Of a stretch of DNA of 64,000 nucleotides, positions 50,401 to 62,772 are shown piece by piece. The number at the start of each line of letters is the position of its first letter. The stretch's first letter is position 1. This DNA is from Haliotis cracherodii (taxonomy: Eukaryota). The notes beneath the pieces are model-generated. The model saw only the letters and a list, made by a program, of their open reading frames with translations. It had not been told where the DNA came from and made no database searches. Made by a program: the position numbers and the translations under genes. Location of the stretch: positions 22,506,001 to 22,570,000 of the forward strand of contig NW_027266308.1 in NCBI RefSeq assembly GCF_022045235.1, in the 5' to 3' direction.

Positions 50401-53400
50401 TAGTCGCCTCTTACGACAAGTGTGGGTTGCTGAAGACCTATTCTACCACGGATCTTCACGGGTAGCACAAACATCGCTGTATGGAACAGGACTCTGGTGT
50501 GTAGATAACTGACTTGGGGGCTACAGCCACTTTAGTGCTCATGTCCTCTTCTTGCTGGTCCTCTAGCTCCGGGATCACAGGGATGTCTGCAGCGAGACCA
50601 CACTCATAATACAGCAATATCACATTCAACACTTCTCTCCACTAGTAGCCAGCTACAGGTCACTAGTCATGGGCCAGGAAGATTTGTCTTAAGGCTGTAT
50701 CATATTTTGCTGCTTCCCTCCCCTCATCCCCCTCAATACACATAAATACATGGACATTTGTTCATGGCCCCCACAAATACATGTAAGGCTAAGTAAAATA
50801 AAGAATTGGTTCGGGCGGGTGTTTTTTAAGGGTTGGGGGTTGTTCAAACTAGTATGTAACCAAATAAACAGTTGTGTTCAATCAACTTGGAAAAGGGCCT
50901 CCCTACATAAACATATTCCTTGATGAGTAAAATACTGGAATACGGTCTTTGACTACCGTTATACTTAGAGTATGTAAGGATTTCGTTGTTGTTTTTAAAT
51001 GGAAATACAAACGAAACGTGCAGCACACTTTATGAAGATGCGGACAGTGCCTGAGAACCAAGACTGGTTTTTTTAGCCTTACATATAGTTAATGTTCATT
51101 AAGACGTTCCTTATGTGTAAGAAATTAACCACAAAAACCAAAGGATCCTTGAAATAACCCTTATGTTACAAACCTTAGGTTTAGGGGGTCCCTAGATTCA
51201 GTTACTATGGCAGCAAAACTCAAGGACCCAGGACCCCCTTTAAATTCTAAAAATGCATTAGTATTGACACATTCAATTACATAGTATTCCCAGCATACCT
51301 TGATCTGAATCAGATTCTTGATCTGGGCTCCTTGGTCGAAGTCTCTCACTGTAACACAGCAAACACACACTGACAACATGGACCACTAGGAACACTACCT
51401 GACTCTTGTGGCTCCTATTGGTATCATGGCTGCAGTTATCGCGTACTGATAGAGTTGAAGGATTTGTTACATTGTGAGACATACTTGAAAATAGTCACAA
51501 TAATCAATATATAAATAATTAGCATGTTCAGACACACCATAACACAGAGCTATAGATAAGCTTTTGGATTTTGGGTATTTTACCCGGGGGTTTGATATTG
51601 ATTGCGTATCCACAAGTTTCAGAAGGAATTCAATTATTTTTTTTCCACCTGTTTCTTGACATTTGGGTATTTAACTTAAAACCTGTTTCGTAACAATCAC
51701 TGTAAATCCTTTAAGACTACATGAATAGTAGTATACCTGTCTGCATCTGCTTGCGGCAACCTCTCTGGGAAGCCATTTTGTGTTCACAAAACCTAGCATT
51801 GTAAGAGGTGAGGTGAAATTGGGTTTAACATCGTGTCCAAGATTATTGCACTTATATAGCGACGTGCATGCACATGTTTGCGTGTGGTTGCTTGTACTAG
51901 TCCGGACTGATGCCAATTTCATAGTGCTAGCTCACTGAGATACCATAATGCAGTTTAACATGAATACCCCACTCAGACACGGTATACTGAACCTGAGCCG
52001 ACCAGTCCTTGTTTTAGCCCCTTAATGCCAAGCACAAAACAGGGTAACAACAAGTACCATCTTTTAACATCTTTTGGTATCTTTTAGGTCGAGCCCCAGA
52101 CCTTCCGCTCTCTGGGCGGACGCTCTACTACTAAACCACGGAGGGGGTCTAGCATTGTAAGAAAGGTGCTATTGTTTTAATTACCAATCAGCGACTGATA
52201 AAGATACAACATGTACACTGACTAGGCACGATGTGCTTTTCAATTGGCATCCATCAGTATGTTTGTAGTAGAAGCTTTGCCAAATTTAACTTCGGAAAGT
52301 GAATATGGCAACCGGATGATACAGAATCATTTTGATACGCTAAGATTTTACTTGTCTGCATAGTTCAGATTATTTAATGCGTATGTCACGCAAATATACA
52401 GCTTATCTCAAGCTCTGATAACATATTTTCAACAGTATTGTCGTCTATAATTTTTCTAACCTGTCAGATGCTACATGAGCCACCTGTGGTTATAGCTATA
52501 GTGTTTGTTAGTCAACTGGAACAACGGGTTAAATACATTCGTGGCATTGAAATGTAAAACAAAACAAACCTCGTGGCAAAGGGTGAGTTTTGAATGATAA
52601 CAAAGAGACAACAATAGAAAGACTGAAAGCATGACCACATCACATGATCGTCTTGAATCAATAAAAAAAAATATGAAAACAATTGATATCATCCATGATA
52701 TCACTACTAGAACACTTCTAGGCAGAATAAGTTCTTTCAGAGACCAAAAGACACGAAATGCAAAAAATGTTGCTCAGAGTAAATGAATATTAAAAATGGA
52801 GTATGGTACGACTGGTATGATATTCAGTACCTGATCGTTGTTGGTTTGTTGTTTAACGTCACATTCAGACAGCAGTCTGTAAATAATCGAATCTGGACCA
52901 GACAATCCAGTGATTGATATCATGAGCATCGATCCACACAATTGAGATACGACAACATGCATCAACCAAGTCAGTGAGCCAGACCACCCGATCCTGTTTG
53001 TCACCTCTTAAGACAAGCACAGTCACCTTTTATGGCAAGCATGGGTTGCTGAAGACCTATTCAGTATTCTACCCTGGATCTTCATGGGGTTCAGTACCTG
53101 AAGCTATTTAGAAGATAACCAACGAGCTACAAGGAATTACAGATTATTTGCCCCCGAGGGAATAAATGGTGGATGTCCTCATCCTTTGTTGAGTGATTTA
53201 CAGCATTCATTCACGAGGGACAGATAATCCGTAATTCTAAGTAGGTTATTCTAAATAATACTCATTGACAATTAAAGAGAAAATGAAGAAAAAATGTACC
53301 TAACAACCCTAACAGAGAAACTACACTGCAGGCAGCATATTGTCCTGAAGACGTAATTAATTTGTGACATCATGAGCAATGGAGGACATCATATCATATT

Positions 53401-56400
53401 TTCATCAACTATAAAGCACTGTGAGACATTACGGCTTCAATTTACCAATCGGCATCGAGAATCGTTAAAATGCACTTGAGCAAATATTGAAAGGTGATTA
53501 CACACAATCACTCTACCTTTATGGGCAATATGATAAGTGTAGATGTTCATTCGATCATTCAGGGGTATGTGTGATGGTGTATGTATATGTGTGGGTGTGG
53601 TCATGCAAACAAAAGTCAAACCAGTGCAAATGTTGGAGCGTGAACATGGGGGGGTCAGTCACACTGGGTCAAACATTACAATTACCCAAAGAGACCACTC
53701 TGGTCTACATGGTCAAACAGATCGCTGAATGTAAAAATGGTGTATCATTAGTGCTATACAATGTAAGGATTCCATGCATTAATGTGGCAGCATTCAACCA
53801 CATTCTGGGCTGAAAGTTAAGTGTGATTCTGACAAACTAACCACCATCACAGAAACTATCCAAGGGTCTGTTCCACAAAGCGATCTTAGCGCTATGATTG
53901 TTGTAAGTCAGTGTTAAAGTTTGGGAGTTACGATCATCTTAGCGCTAAAATCGCTTTGTGGAACGGGGCCCAGGTTCTCTTCCTTCAAATTTCTGCCTAA
54001 AACATACATTCCCATATATTTTCTTGCTTTTCAGGACACAGGCTATAACTGTTATTTTTTTCAAAAGCAAATACAAAAATAAAATAGAAAAGATAAGTTT
54101 TATTTTAAACAAAGAAAATTTAATTTCTCAGTTCTTTTTTAAGAGGTTGGCTTCAAATCAACTTGGGTGACTATTGGAGCTATTTTCACAGATGTGACAG
54201 TATTGCCTTAGTTATCAACTATTGCAATAGTATCCAGATAGTTTTAAACCAACTTTAAGGCTTGATAATTTTACCAATCAATGTAATAGAAATGAATAAA
54301 GTATTTCTGACAATGTCAATGTCGGCCATTTTCGTCCCTGTCACAACTCAAACCAAAGGGAAGTAACTCCAATCTGTAGTTGTCACAATTCTTGCTAATA
54401 AATACATGACAGATTTGAAATCAGACTGTAAAAACTGAGTTTTCCCGAGAGATGATTTATGTTTTATTTAGAATTAACTGCAACTATTGAAATTATCCAT
54501 TGTTAGGCATACTATTGACAACAACAATGGCGTTTTAAAATTTCTATCAATATAGTACAATTATAAGACAAACAATTGCAAAACATCAATAGTGTGATAT
54601 ATTGTTACACTCCTAGAATCAACACTAATAACATTATTCATTTTTTCATATTGTATGTTAGTATAGATCTACTGACAAGACAATATCAATAACAACTAAA
54701 ATAATATGACCGAACCCATTTCCCATAATGCTCTAAATGTAAAAATCATCCATTATCTGTTACTTTCTGTGTTGATGGAACCACAAAAAACACATATCTC
54801 AGTCCTATTTCTCAACATACCTGGAAAAAACAAAGTAAACATGAACATGATGAACTGATAAAAGAAACATAAAATACCTTTCCAAACAATGTACCATTAG
54901 AATACCATGCACAGCATGCAACAGCACTAGCACTGGGTGAAACGTGTGAAGCATTGTGACATGGTCATATGAATACAGCCCGTTCTCTGATTCATACACC
55001 ATCCTTTGTACAATCTCAAGATTGTGCTGTGTACGTCAGAAAAAGCATTGCATCTTAATGGCAAAACCAGAATTGTCCCACTTTTCACTAGCTGCCAAAA
55101 AGGTTTTAAACCTAAAAAGGAAATCTGCTTGAAAGGTTTAAGCTTAAAACCAGAAATCTGCTTATCCTAACAAGACGCAGGATTGGGGTGTCATCGAAAA
55201 ATTTAGATATCGATAGATTCAATACAATCTTAATGTCAACACGGTATCGATACAAATAAATAATTCACTCTCACAGAAACACTTACATTTATTAAGATTA
55301 CCATGGTAAAGATGGCACAAAACAGTTCAGTTTTAAACATTTAATAGATCAGTGGTAGAAACGAACATTTTTAGTCCACTTGTCCTTATAATTATAATGA
55401 TAACATATACCAAAATCCTTAAAAATGGCAAATTTCTACTGGTCCTTATGATACCTTATCTATTGGGCAGTTTGGCAAGGACGACAGGACTAGTGCCAAT
55501 TTCTAAGGCTGTAGATGAACCTTATTCATATACTACTAAAAAGAAGTTAAGAACCACTCGATTCTTTCATGACAGAGTAACTATAGTAATACAAAATAAT
55601 CTGGTGGTCCTTAACTTTTTATTTGTAGTATATATTTAGCATTTTGTTGATAAATTGCAGGGATAGATAGGAATTTTGTTTTATCTAAACACATACAGAA
55701 TAACTACTTTTGTTATTAATCAATATGTAATTTTCAATTCACAATGAAAAACTTTGCAATCAAATGACATCCCTAGTTTTGTAGTTTTGGTTACATTGTA
55801 CACGGATAGAATATATGCAGACAGTCTATTCAAATAGTAACGTGTAAATCAGACAAGCAGATTATATATCAACAAATGGTATTATTTCTGATTTTTCTGT
55901 GCAACTTTATCATATTGCACACAGTGGAACATTCTGAAGCATATTATGTGCATATACTCACTCTTCAAATGGCTCAAATCCCTCTCCCAACTGCCGCGAG
56001 CTGATTGGTCACCATCACAACATTTACAGCAAGGGAAAGGTCCATTTTGGGAACGGGGAGGAAGAAATAACATAACAACAAGCAGTCAGCATGGTCAGTA
56101 GCTATCCTCTACACTCCTGAGGTACACCACAGTCAAATGAACCATGTTTTAATCAGATACATAACACAATCAGTCAACAGCCATTTTTGAAACTATTTAA
56201 AAATCATTGCACTTATACTGCAATGTTTCTGATGATTTGTTTCCGCTGATGAAAGGTTTTTTTCACATTTTTTAATATTTCTCAATAACCAAGGGTTAAC
56301 ATGCCAAAAAATCAGTGAATTTTGTATTCAATCACACAGATGATTATCTTTAGAGGATATGATACATAAATGAAATACGATAAGCTGTTCGTGGATCATG

Positions 56401-59317
56401 TGACTGTCGTGAGGTTTGTACCACCTGGAGCATGCTCCACCATTACCACATACAATGCATTTAGTTCCCCTTCACAGACAATAGGATTCATCACTGTTAT
56501 TTCTTCACTTATTAAACAGAAGTTTATACACACACAGTGTGTACAAATAAATAGCTTCAAACAACATCTGTAAAGTAATATTCAAGAATACTTTTGTGAG
56601 TGAGCATGCACAATTGCGTATTTTGTTCATGTCAACAGCTTCCGTAAATATGTAAACTCTCCTTGCCCTCCTGCTGTACTCAAGACTGTACTTAGACTAT
56701 GAGTCATTGACTATGACTTTATAATATGTTATATATAGATTCGATATACCGGTATTGGTAGCTCAGTTATGTGAACTGATTCTTTCCAATTCACAATCTC
56801 ATTAAAATCAGATCTAAGTTCTCGCTGCCGCTTAACAAAGATCGGAGGACATCCCATTACGGGTCACGTCAGAACGACCATTCGCGAACTTTGCCCGACC
56901 ACTGAAATGACTAACAAGAAGTCAACATCAGCCAGTGAGAAAGCAGCTTTCTCGAACTTTACAGCACTCGTTTCAACCTGGCGACTTCCATTTCAGACTA
57001 CGCTTGAAAGATATGTTGAAACAGTTCTTGATTAAAATTTTGAAAACTGAACAAACGAACATTCTGGAACGTCTAATATATGGTTGAGATTGTATGGCAG
57101 TGCTTCCCACGTACTGTCCAACGTCTCCTCTGTTCTGTTCAAATGTTTATACCACGGAAGCGAGAGATACACGATAATTTTGACGGAATCAGTCATACAG
57201 GCCGTAACTGTCGTTCGGAATACCCCGTGTTAACATTTTCGAGGTTGCATGATTAGAAAACACATTCTGACTGTCACTTCCATGATCTGGTACGCGACGC
57301 TTTGATTGGACAGATGAAGGGTATTCTAAGGTGACCCGTAATGGGATGTCCTCAGATCTTTGTTTAGCGATAGCGAGAACTAAGAGCTTATTTTAATGAG
57401 ATTGTCCAATTCAGAAGGTAAACATTCAAACATAATTTCAAAATTGAGAGGCAAGATGTTACTTAAACTCTGAAGTGGATTATTATCTGATATTTGTGAA
57501 TCATGCAGGCAGTGAGGATACAGGAAATGGAATGTTCAAAAGTGACACAAAATATAGTGACCAACTTCTGAATAGTGAGGAGAGATTTAACATCTGACCA
57601 ATCAATACCAGTGATGAAGCATTATGTTGTGAAAAATGGCATTACAATTATAAAACATGCAAACATACGCTTCAGCTAGCAATGCTACAATATTCTAAAT
57701 TATATGTCCAATGATAAACACGACAGCTTTATGAGATGTGAGAACTGGTTACAGAAGTATGACCAAACAGATTCATTATTAGAAATGAACACGACAAAAC
57801 TTGTCTGTAACATGTCTACCCGATTGTTTTTGGATTAATCTACTGAAGAAGAATACTCTTTTTGAAAAAATAGATATTTGAATCTGGTTAGTACAAAAGA
57901 CAAATGACATAAACTAAATATATATGAAAAATGATAATTTATTTCATTTACGTGAAAACAATTTTCCAGATTGCTGACATGATCAACATTAGACATTATA
58001 CAGGTCATAAGCAATGTAAGTGTGCATGATATTGTTCACTGTATCAGTGGTATGTTTCAGCTATTGCACATGCAGTCATGATAAATAAGATACCGATATA
58101 CAAATGTGAATTGTCTATGCATCACTCAGTCAAGCGTGGTATCCATCATGGTAATCCAAAGGTCAAACACCTTCATTTCATAGCAGTCATAATTTATTAT
58201 TACCGAAATTGTACATGTGACAATAAAGATATTGGTAAAAGTGCAATATGATCAAAATCCTTTAATATACTGATCAAGTTGATCATGTATTAAAAGCAAG
58301 AAAGTTATCCTCCAAAATATATTGCTAAACATGCACTACATTCAGACATTCAAAATGTTCAAAGATTTCTATTTCTCACTACCATTTACTATGAAATTTA
58401 GATTAGAAAATCAGTGTGCAGGCTTTACAACATTAAAAGCCAGTTACAGCTATAGGTATGTTGTCGTGGAGGCAATTAGTACCTTACCGGCTTTTTCTAG
58501 GTGCTTCTTCTCCCCAGCCAGAAACAGCCTTTGATGGACGCCCTGGGGGACCATCCTGTCAGACACAAAAAAGATAAATCTGAAACTTTCTTATACTATT
58601 TCAACTGGTATGATTGACTCGGCAAACTTATCAAACTGCAAAAAATAATTGAATCTCAATTAGACAAACTGGTGATAAATATTGTGAGCAATAATCCATG
58701 CAATCAGAGCACATTGACAGGCATCAACCACATCACTAGTCAGACCACCCATTCCACAAAGGTGTCTCATACGACAAGCAGGTTGGGGGGTACAAATTCT
58801 AACCTGATATACCAAATCAGGATAAAGCGATAGTATATGGATTACCTTGTTTGATGGAGGTTGTGATGCAGGGGCATCTTCTTCCGGTCCATCATCGTCG
58901 ACAGCAGGAGCACTACGCTGTGTTCGACGGCCTTGCTTCGCACTCTGAAACAATTTAACTTGATTGACAGCCGACAACCTTTCACATGAGCATTTCCAAA
59001 TTAGCCAGCAACGTTGCTATGGCAACTTTAGAAACTACCCGATTTATCAAATATTGATGAGTTTCCATCTCAATCCAAGGAATATGTAATACAATCTGAC
59101 TGATCATTTAAACAAATAGAATTCTGCCCGTATCCCAACACATTTGATAGATCTTAGTTGGAAGAAATACGCTAACTGTGAATATATATATTACATATAA
59201 CTTTTGGAGGGGGATACGGGCGGAAGTATTTCCAACATAATAATCTGGCTATGATAATCAAAATGCATTTACCCTTGACTTCGCAGTCGGTTGGAAATCT
59301 AGATCTTCGTCGTCCAT
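47411..59317 (-). CDS. IFT43: Intraflagellar transport protein 43 (IFT-A subunit); 9 exons, 208 aa
   Basis: Exons 59317-59273, 58944-58846, 58555-58488, 56000-55962, 51348-51299, 50586-50514, 49075-49000, 48297-48235, 47524-47411 (627 nt). Signature DIPVIPELEDQQEED..VAVAP..RVATYRELDNDL..TLDNEIDLKLLTK..WDWDRLFTEV. Confidence 0.93.
47764..48153. mobile_element. MITE, same family as 56794-57404, left end eroded
   Basis: Shares ATCAGATCT..CAAAGATC.GAGGACATC and AGATCTGATTTTAATGAGATTG ends. Confidence 0.7.
49481..50214. mobile_element. hAT-type MITE containing a DIRS-like fragment, itself inside a palindromic MITE
   Basis: TIR CAGGGGTGTT / AACACCCCTG; CTTGCCC/GGGCAAG subterminal motifs; flanks match the 53864-53970 element. 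Confidence 0.6.
50233..50463 (-). mobile_element. SINE-like family A, variant with a single hairpin in the head
   Basis: Ends ...GATCTTCACGGGT; lacks the 22-nt internal duplication. Confidence 0.85.
51807..52148 (-). mobile_element. SINE family C
   Basis: 14-bp TSD CTAGCATTGTAAGA (51793-51806, 52149-52162). Confidence 0.9.
52835..53090 (-). mobile_element. SINE-like family A
   Basis: 12-bp TSD TTCAGTACCTGA (52823-52834, 53090-53101). Confidence 0.9.
53864..53970. mobile_element. Palindromic MITE (about 105 bp)
   Basis: GTTCCACAAAGCGATCTTAGCGCTA ... TAGCGCTAAAATCGCTTTGTGGAAC. Confidence 0.75.
56794..57404. mobile_element. MITE with about 75-bp TIRs and a 9-bp TSD (Mutator-like)
   Basis: TIR CAATCTCATTAAAAT...GGACATCCCATTACGGGTCAC; TSD TCCAATTCA (56785-56793, 57405-57413). 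Confidence 0.85.
59013..59026. promoter_or_regulatory. RFX X-box in IFT43 intron 1
   Basis: GTTGCTATGGCAAC, a near-palindromic consensus X-box. Confidence 0.7.
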
Positions 59318-59654
59318 CTCGTTCGTAAACAAACAATACTCTGCTGTTTCCCTGGAATGCGGGAGCGTCGAGATAAACGGTTTTTATTATCTGTTACAAA
59401 GCAACTTCGCTAAAAGGTAACAGAAAACAAATTCCGCTTAAAACATTGTTTCTTCCTTTAGATATTATAATATATAATAATATGATAATCCAAAACTAAT
59501 GGATATCCGAAATTGAAAATAACTAAAATATAACAAAACTATACAACGATGTATCCCTATGAAGAACTCTTTTGATAGGAAGTCACGATACAAGTTAGAC
59601 TGGTTCCACTGACGGTTCGCGCGGCGAACTTATAGACTGGTTCACGCTCATTCC

Positions 59655-59815
59655 CAAGCTCCTCACAGCGATATTCCGTTCGCGGAGAGAGTAAAGAAGG
59701 TATCACGCGCTGGGAAGGAGCTTGGTTTATTCCCAAGCCCCAGGCTCCTCACCGCGATAGTCCGTTCGCGGAGCTCTCTATGTTACGAAGGTGTCACGCG
59801 CTAGGATGGAGCTTG
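59655..59815. repeat. Two tandem about 70-75-bp self-complementary units in the IFT43/TMEM223 intergenic region
   Basis: 59655-59724 and 59741-59815, each CA(A/G)GCTCC...TCCGTTCGCGGA...GGAGCTTG. Confidence 0.85.
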
Positions 59816-60066
59816 CCCAAGACCCACAACGATATGACCCAAATAGGAATGTAAAAATGAACAAAGATGTTAACATTAAATGTTAACCAACTTGTAATAT
59901 TACTAATTCGTTTCCGATTGTTACAAGCTCCATCTCAGCGCGGCACATGGAGTATTGTTGTGCGGAGTTAGTTGTGCTGGTACCCGATATCCATTGCGCA
60001 ATTGATTCTGCGCTCGCGTGTTTAAGCAAGAGACAAGACACTAGTTTGACCAGCTGAAGACTAACG

Positions 60067-62573
60067 ATGTTGATGTCGAGAATTGTTAAAAACCAAAGTT
60101 TGGCCAACCGATTACGAACTTCTGTGTTGGTTTGCAGACCAGAGATTAAACGTGAATTTTTCTCGATGTCATGTTTAGGAAACCAGACCCAAAGATGCCA
60201 CGCGCGTTTGCTGTTCAACAGTTTACAACGGTTGGGTGCAAAATGTGACTTTCTTCCCAAGACCTCGCCAAGGACGATCATATCGAGACATAAGTCTTAT
60301 AAAACCAAACCAAAGACCACGTTACCCTTCGAAGTCGATGCCAATGTGTCGAAAGATGTGTTGGTGTATTCATTCAGTGGGAGTCGCTTCTACAAGTTGA
60401 TCACATTGTTTGGGGCTTCCCAGTTCATATTTTGGATGTATTTGTCAATATTTTCATTCAGCAGTTTGAAAGACATTTCACAAGAGGACGAGGACAAACA
60501 GTTAGGCATTAAAAGAGATGATAGTCTGGTTTTTAAGGTACTGATGCCGGTGAAAGGCTATTACAAAACAGGACTTGGCTTTCTCTTCCTGAGCGTAGGT
60601 GTGTATTCAGATGGTACAGCGTTAGCATGAACACGTGTTTGATTATCTGCTGCCAGTGGGTTCGAATCCAAGAGTTGTCCCATTTATGATCCTTACTTTG
60701 TCAGCACCAGACCAGGGGTTGTGTGTTTCAGTTAAGTTGTAAATGTAACATGGTTTATCTGTTAACTGACATTCAGTGAACTTGATTGTAGAATTTAGTC
60801 CCAAATCAGTTGTAAATACTTTATGATAGTGGCTTCATGTATGTGTGTGGAACATGTTGAATATTTGGCATGAAGCCGAGATGAGTCGACCATAATTATC
60901 ACCTGGCAAATAGATGATTTACCCATCTGTGTCAACATGGTCAACAAAATGTCTAATTATCAATGAAAAAATATTTTTTTATGACTGAAGGGGGAAAAGA
61001 TTGTTGTTGTTACTTTTTTTTACATTTTTTGACATCTCCCCTGAAACCACAAGGTGTATGAAGTTTAAACTTTGGGTATGTGGCACCAGTTATGTGGTCT
61101 CTTAAAAGTGCACACAGAATTCACATCTGATTTTAAACATGGCCACTGTGACAGCCATTTTGGAAATGCAACTTTTGGCTTTTACTCTGTTACTTCTGTG
61201 CATGTGTCATAAAATGTCATATTCAGCAGGTTTGTGCTATGCCAAACAAATTTCATATCTTGCTGTGTATTGTGATATTTGACACACCTTGAGGAACTAT
61301 TATGGCTGCCAATAGCATGGGTACCCAGGTAGGGCCGGGTAATAGGGTGTTGGGGACCCAGATAGTAAATATGAACTTAAATTATCCCAGCCGTAGACGT
61401 TTCTAGCTCTATTGTCTAATAATCTGGGTCACAGAATTAGTTACATTGAACTGTAACTGGAGGGTAAAAATGAAAAAAAGACAAAAGCAAGAAATATTGC
61501 AGATGTACAGTGTTCCCTGAAATACAGATTTAACCAGCATAGCTTAGATCATGTAGATTCCTATAAGTATGAATGGTATCTGGTATCAGCTTGTTTATGG
61601 CAGGTTAATGCTGCGTTAATGTTAAATGTCAGGTAAATCCCTGTATATTCCTGTTGAAGAACCAGAAATACTCAAGTATTCATATTTTATAAGGGTGTTA
61701 ATGATTGGAAAGTATATGTCAACTCAAAAGTATCAAGATAAATATAGATTAATAAAAAAATTATTTATTCTGTATCTGTATAGATTCAAATTTCCCGTTT
61801 AGACCTGCAATTATATAATGCTAAATATGAATTATGACTGGTGAATTAGGGGTGCATTATTTTCAGCTTTTAAGAGTTCCTTTCTTCACCGTGTATATCT
61901 TTAAGTGGAAAGCTGCAGAATCAAGGAAGTACTTGCTTGATAAAGGTACCTAGTTCTAGCAGATTTGCCTCCCATAAAGATCTGGGAAGAATAGGTCTTC
62001 AGCAACCCTTGCTTGCCGTAAAAGGCAACTCTGCTTGTCGTAAGAGGCAACTAACGGGATCAGGTGGTCAGACTCGATGACTCGGTTAATGCATGTCATC
62101 ATATCCCAATTGCGTGGATCGATGTTCATGAAGGCAATCACTGGATTGTCTGGTCCAGATTCAATTATTTACAGACCGCCATCATATAGCATTGAAAAAG
62201 TAAAGTTAAAATGGATAAGTCAACTTGGTCTTCCTGATCCCTGTCTGTTGATAAGTTGTGATCATTGGTTTCAGGTTCAATGGTGCTGTTCATCTGTTGG
62301 ATCTACCCACAGCGTGCTGTGAACCAACTCTGGCTGTTGAAGGGAGGCAAGGGAGTACAGATATCCACCTACACTTGGTTTGGAAACACACGCTCCTTCT
62401 CATCGCCAATCAACAATCTCTCCTGCCTGCAGTCACGCACAAGCTCTTCATCACAGATTTCAATGAAAGTCAAACACCATTGGTTCCATTTTCTCTTGGA
62501 CAAAAAAGGAATCTTTCACAACACAGAGCTTTTTGATCATGCTGTTGGACTTCAGAGGAATCTAAAGAAATAA
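60067..62573 (+). CDS. TMEM223: Transmembrane protein 223 (mitochondrial inner membrane); 2 exons, 276 aa
   Basis: Exons 60067-60598 and 62275-62573 (831 nt, phase 1). Basic N-terminal presequence-like region, V.KDVLVY...RFYKL..LFGASQFIFW, LWLLKGG..V.ISTY, FLLDKKGIF.NTELFD. The start could be 60067 or 60073. Confidence 0.88.
61969..62190 (+). mobile_element. SINE-like family A, 3' end missing
   Basis: Diverged consensus from the head to CCGCCATCATATAGC. Confidence 0.85.
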
Positions 62574-62772
62574 TGCATGAACTGTTCGTTGGTTTCTTTT
62601 TAATAGTGTACAGAGTACATGTGTAATAAATATATCGTGTGTGCAGTGTGTTCATCAGTTATGATGCTGTGTAATCATTGTTATCAAGGAGCAGGTTTAG
62701 ATACATTAAGGTACTGAGTATGCCCGAACATACTGTGTGATCGTAGCATCACCAGTGGTTATTATGTGTAAT

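Noticed and set aside
59655-59830. H/ACA snoRNA reading of the two hairpins
   Set aside because: The hinge lacks an ANANNA H box and the hairpins are duplicates of each other.
59883-60281. 132-aa antisense ORF over TMEM223; antisense ORFs at 30602-30918 and 32651-32908
   Set aside because: Shadow frames of real coding exons with no independent support.
60599-60630. Single-exon 187-aa TMEM223, and single-exon 376/382-aa SLC46 ORFs
   Set aside because: These ORFs run past splice donors; the conserved C-termini are in downstream exons that join in phase.
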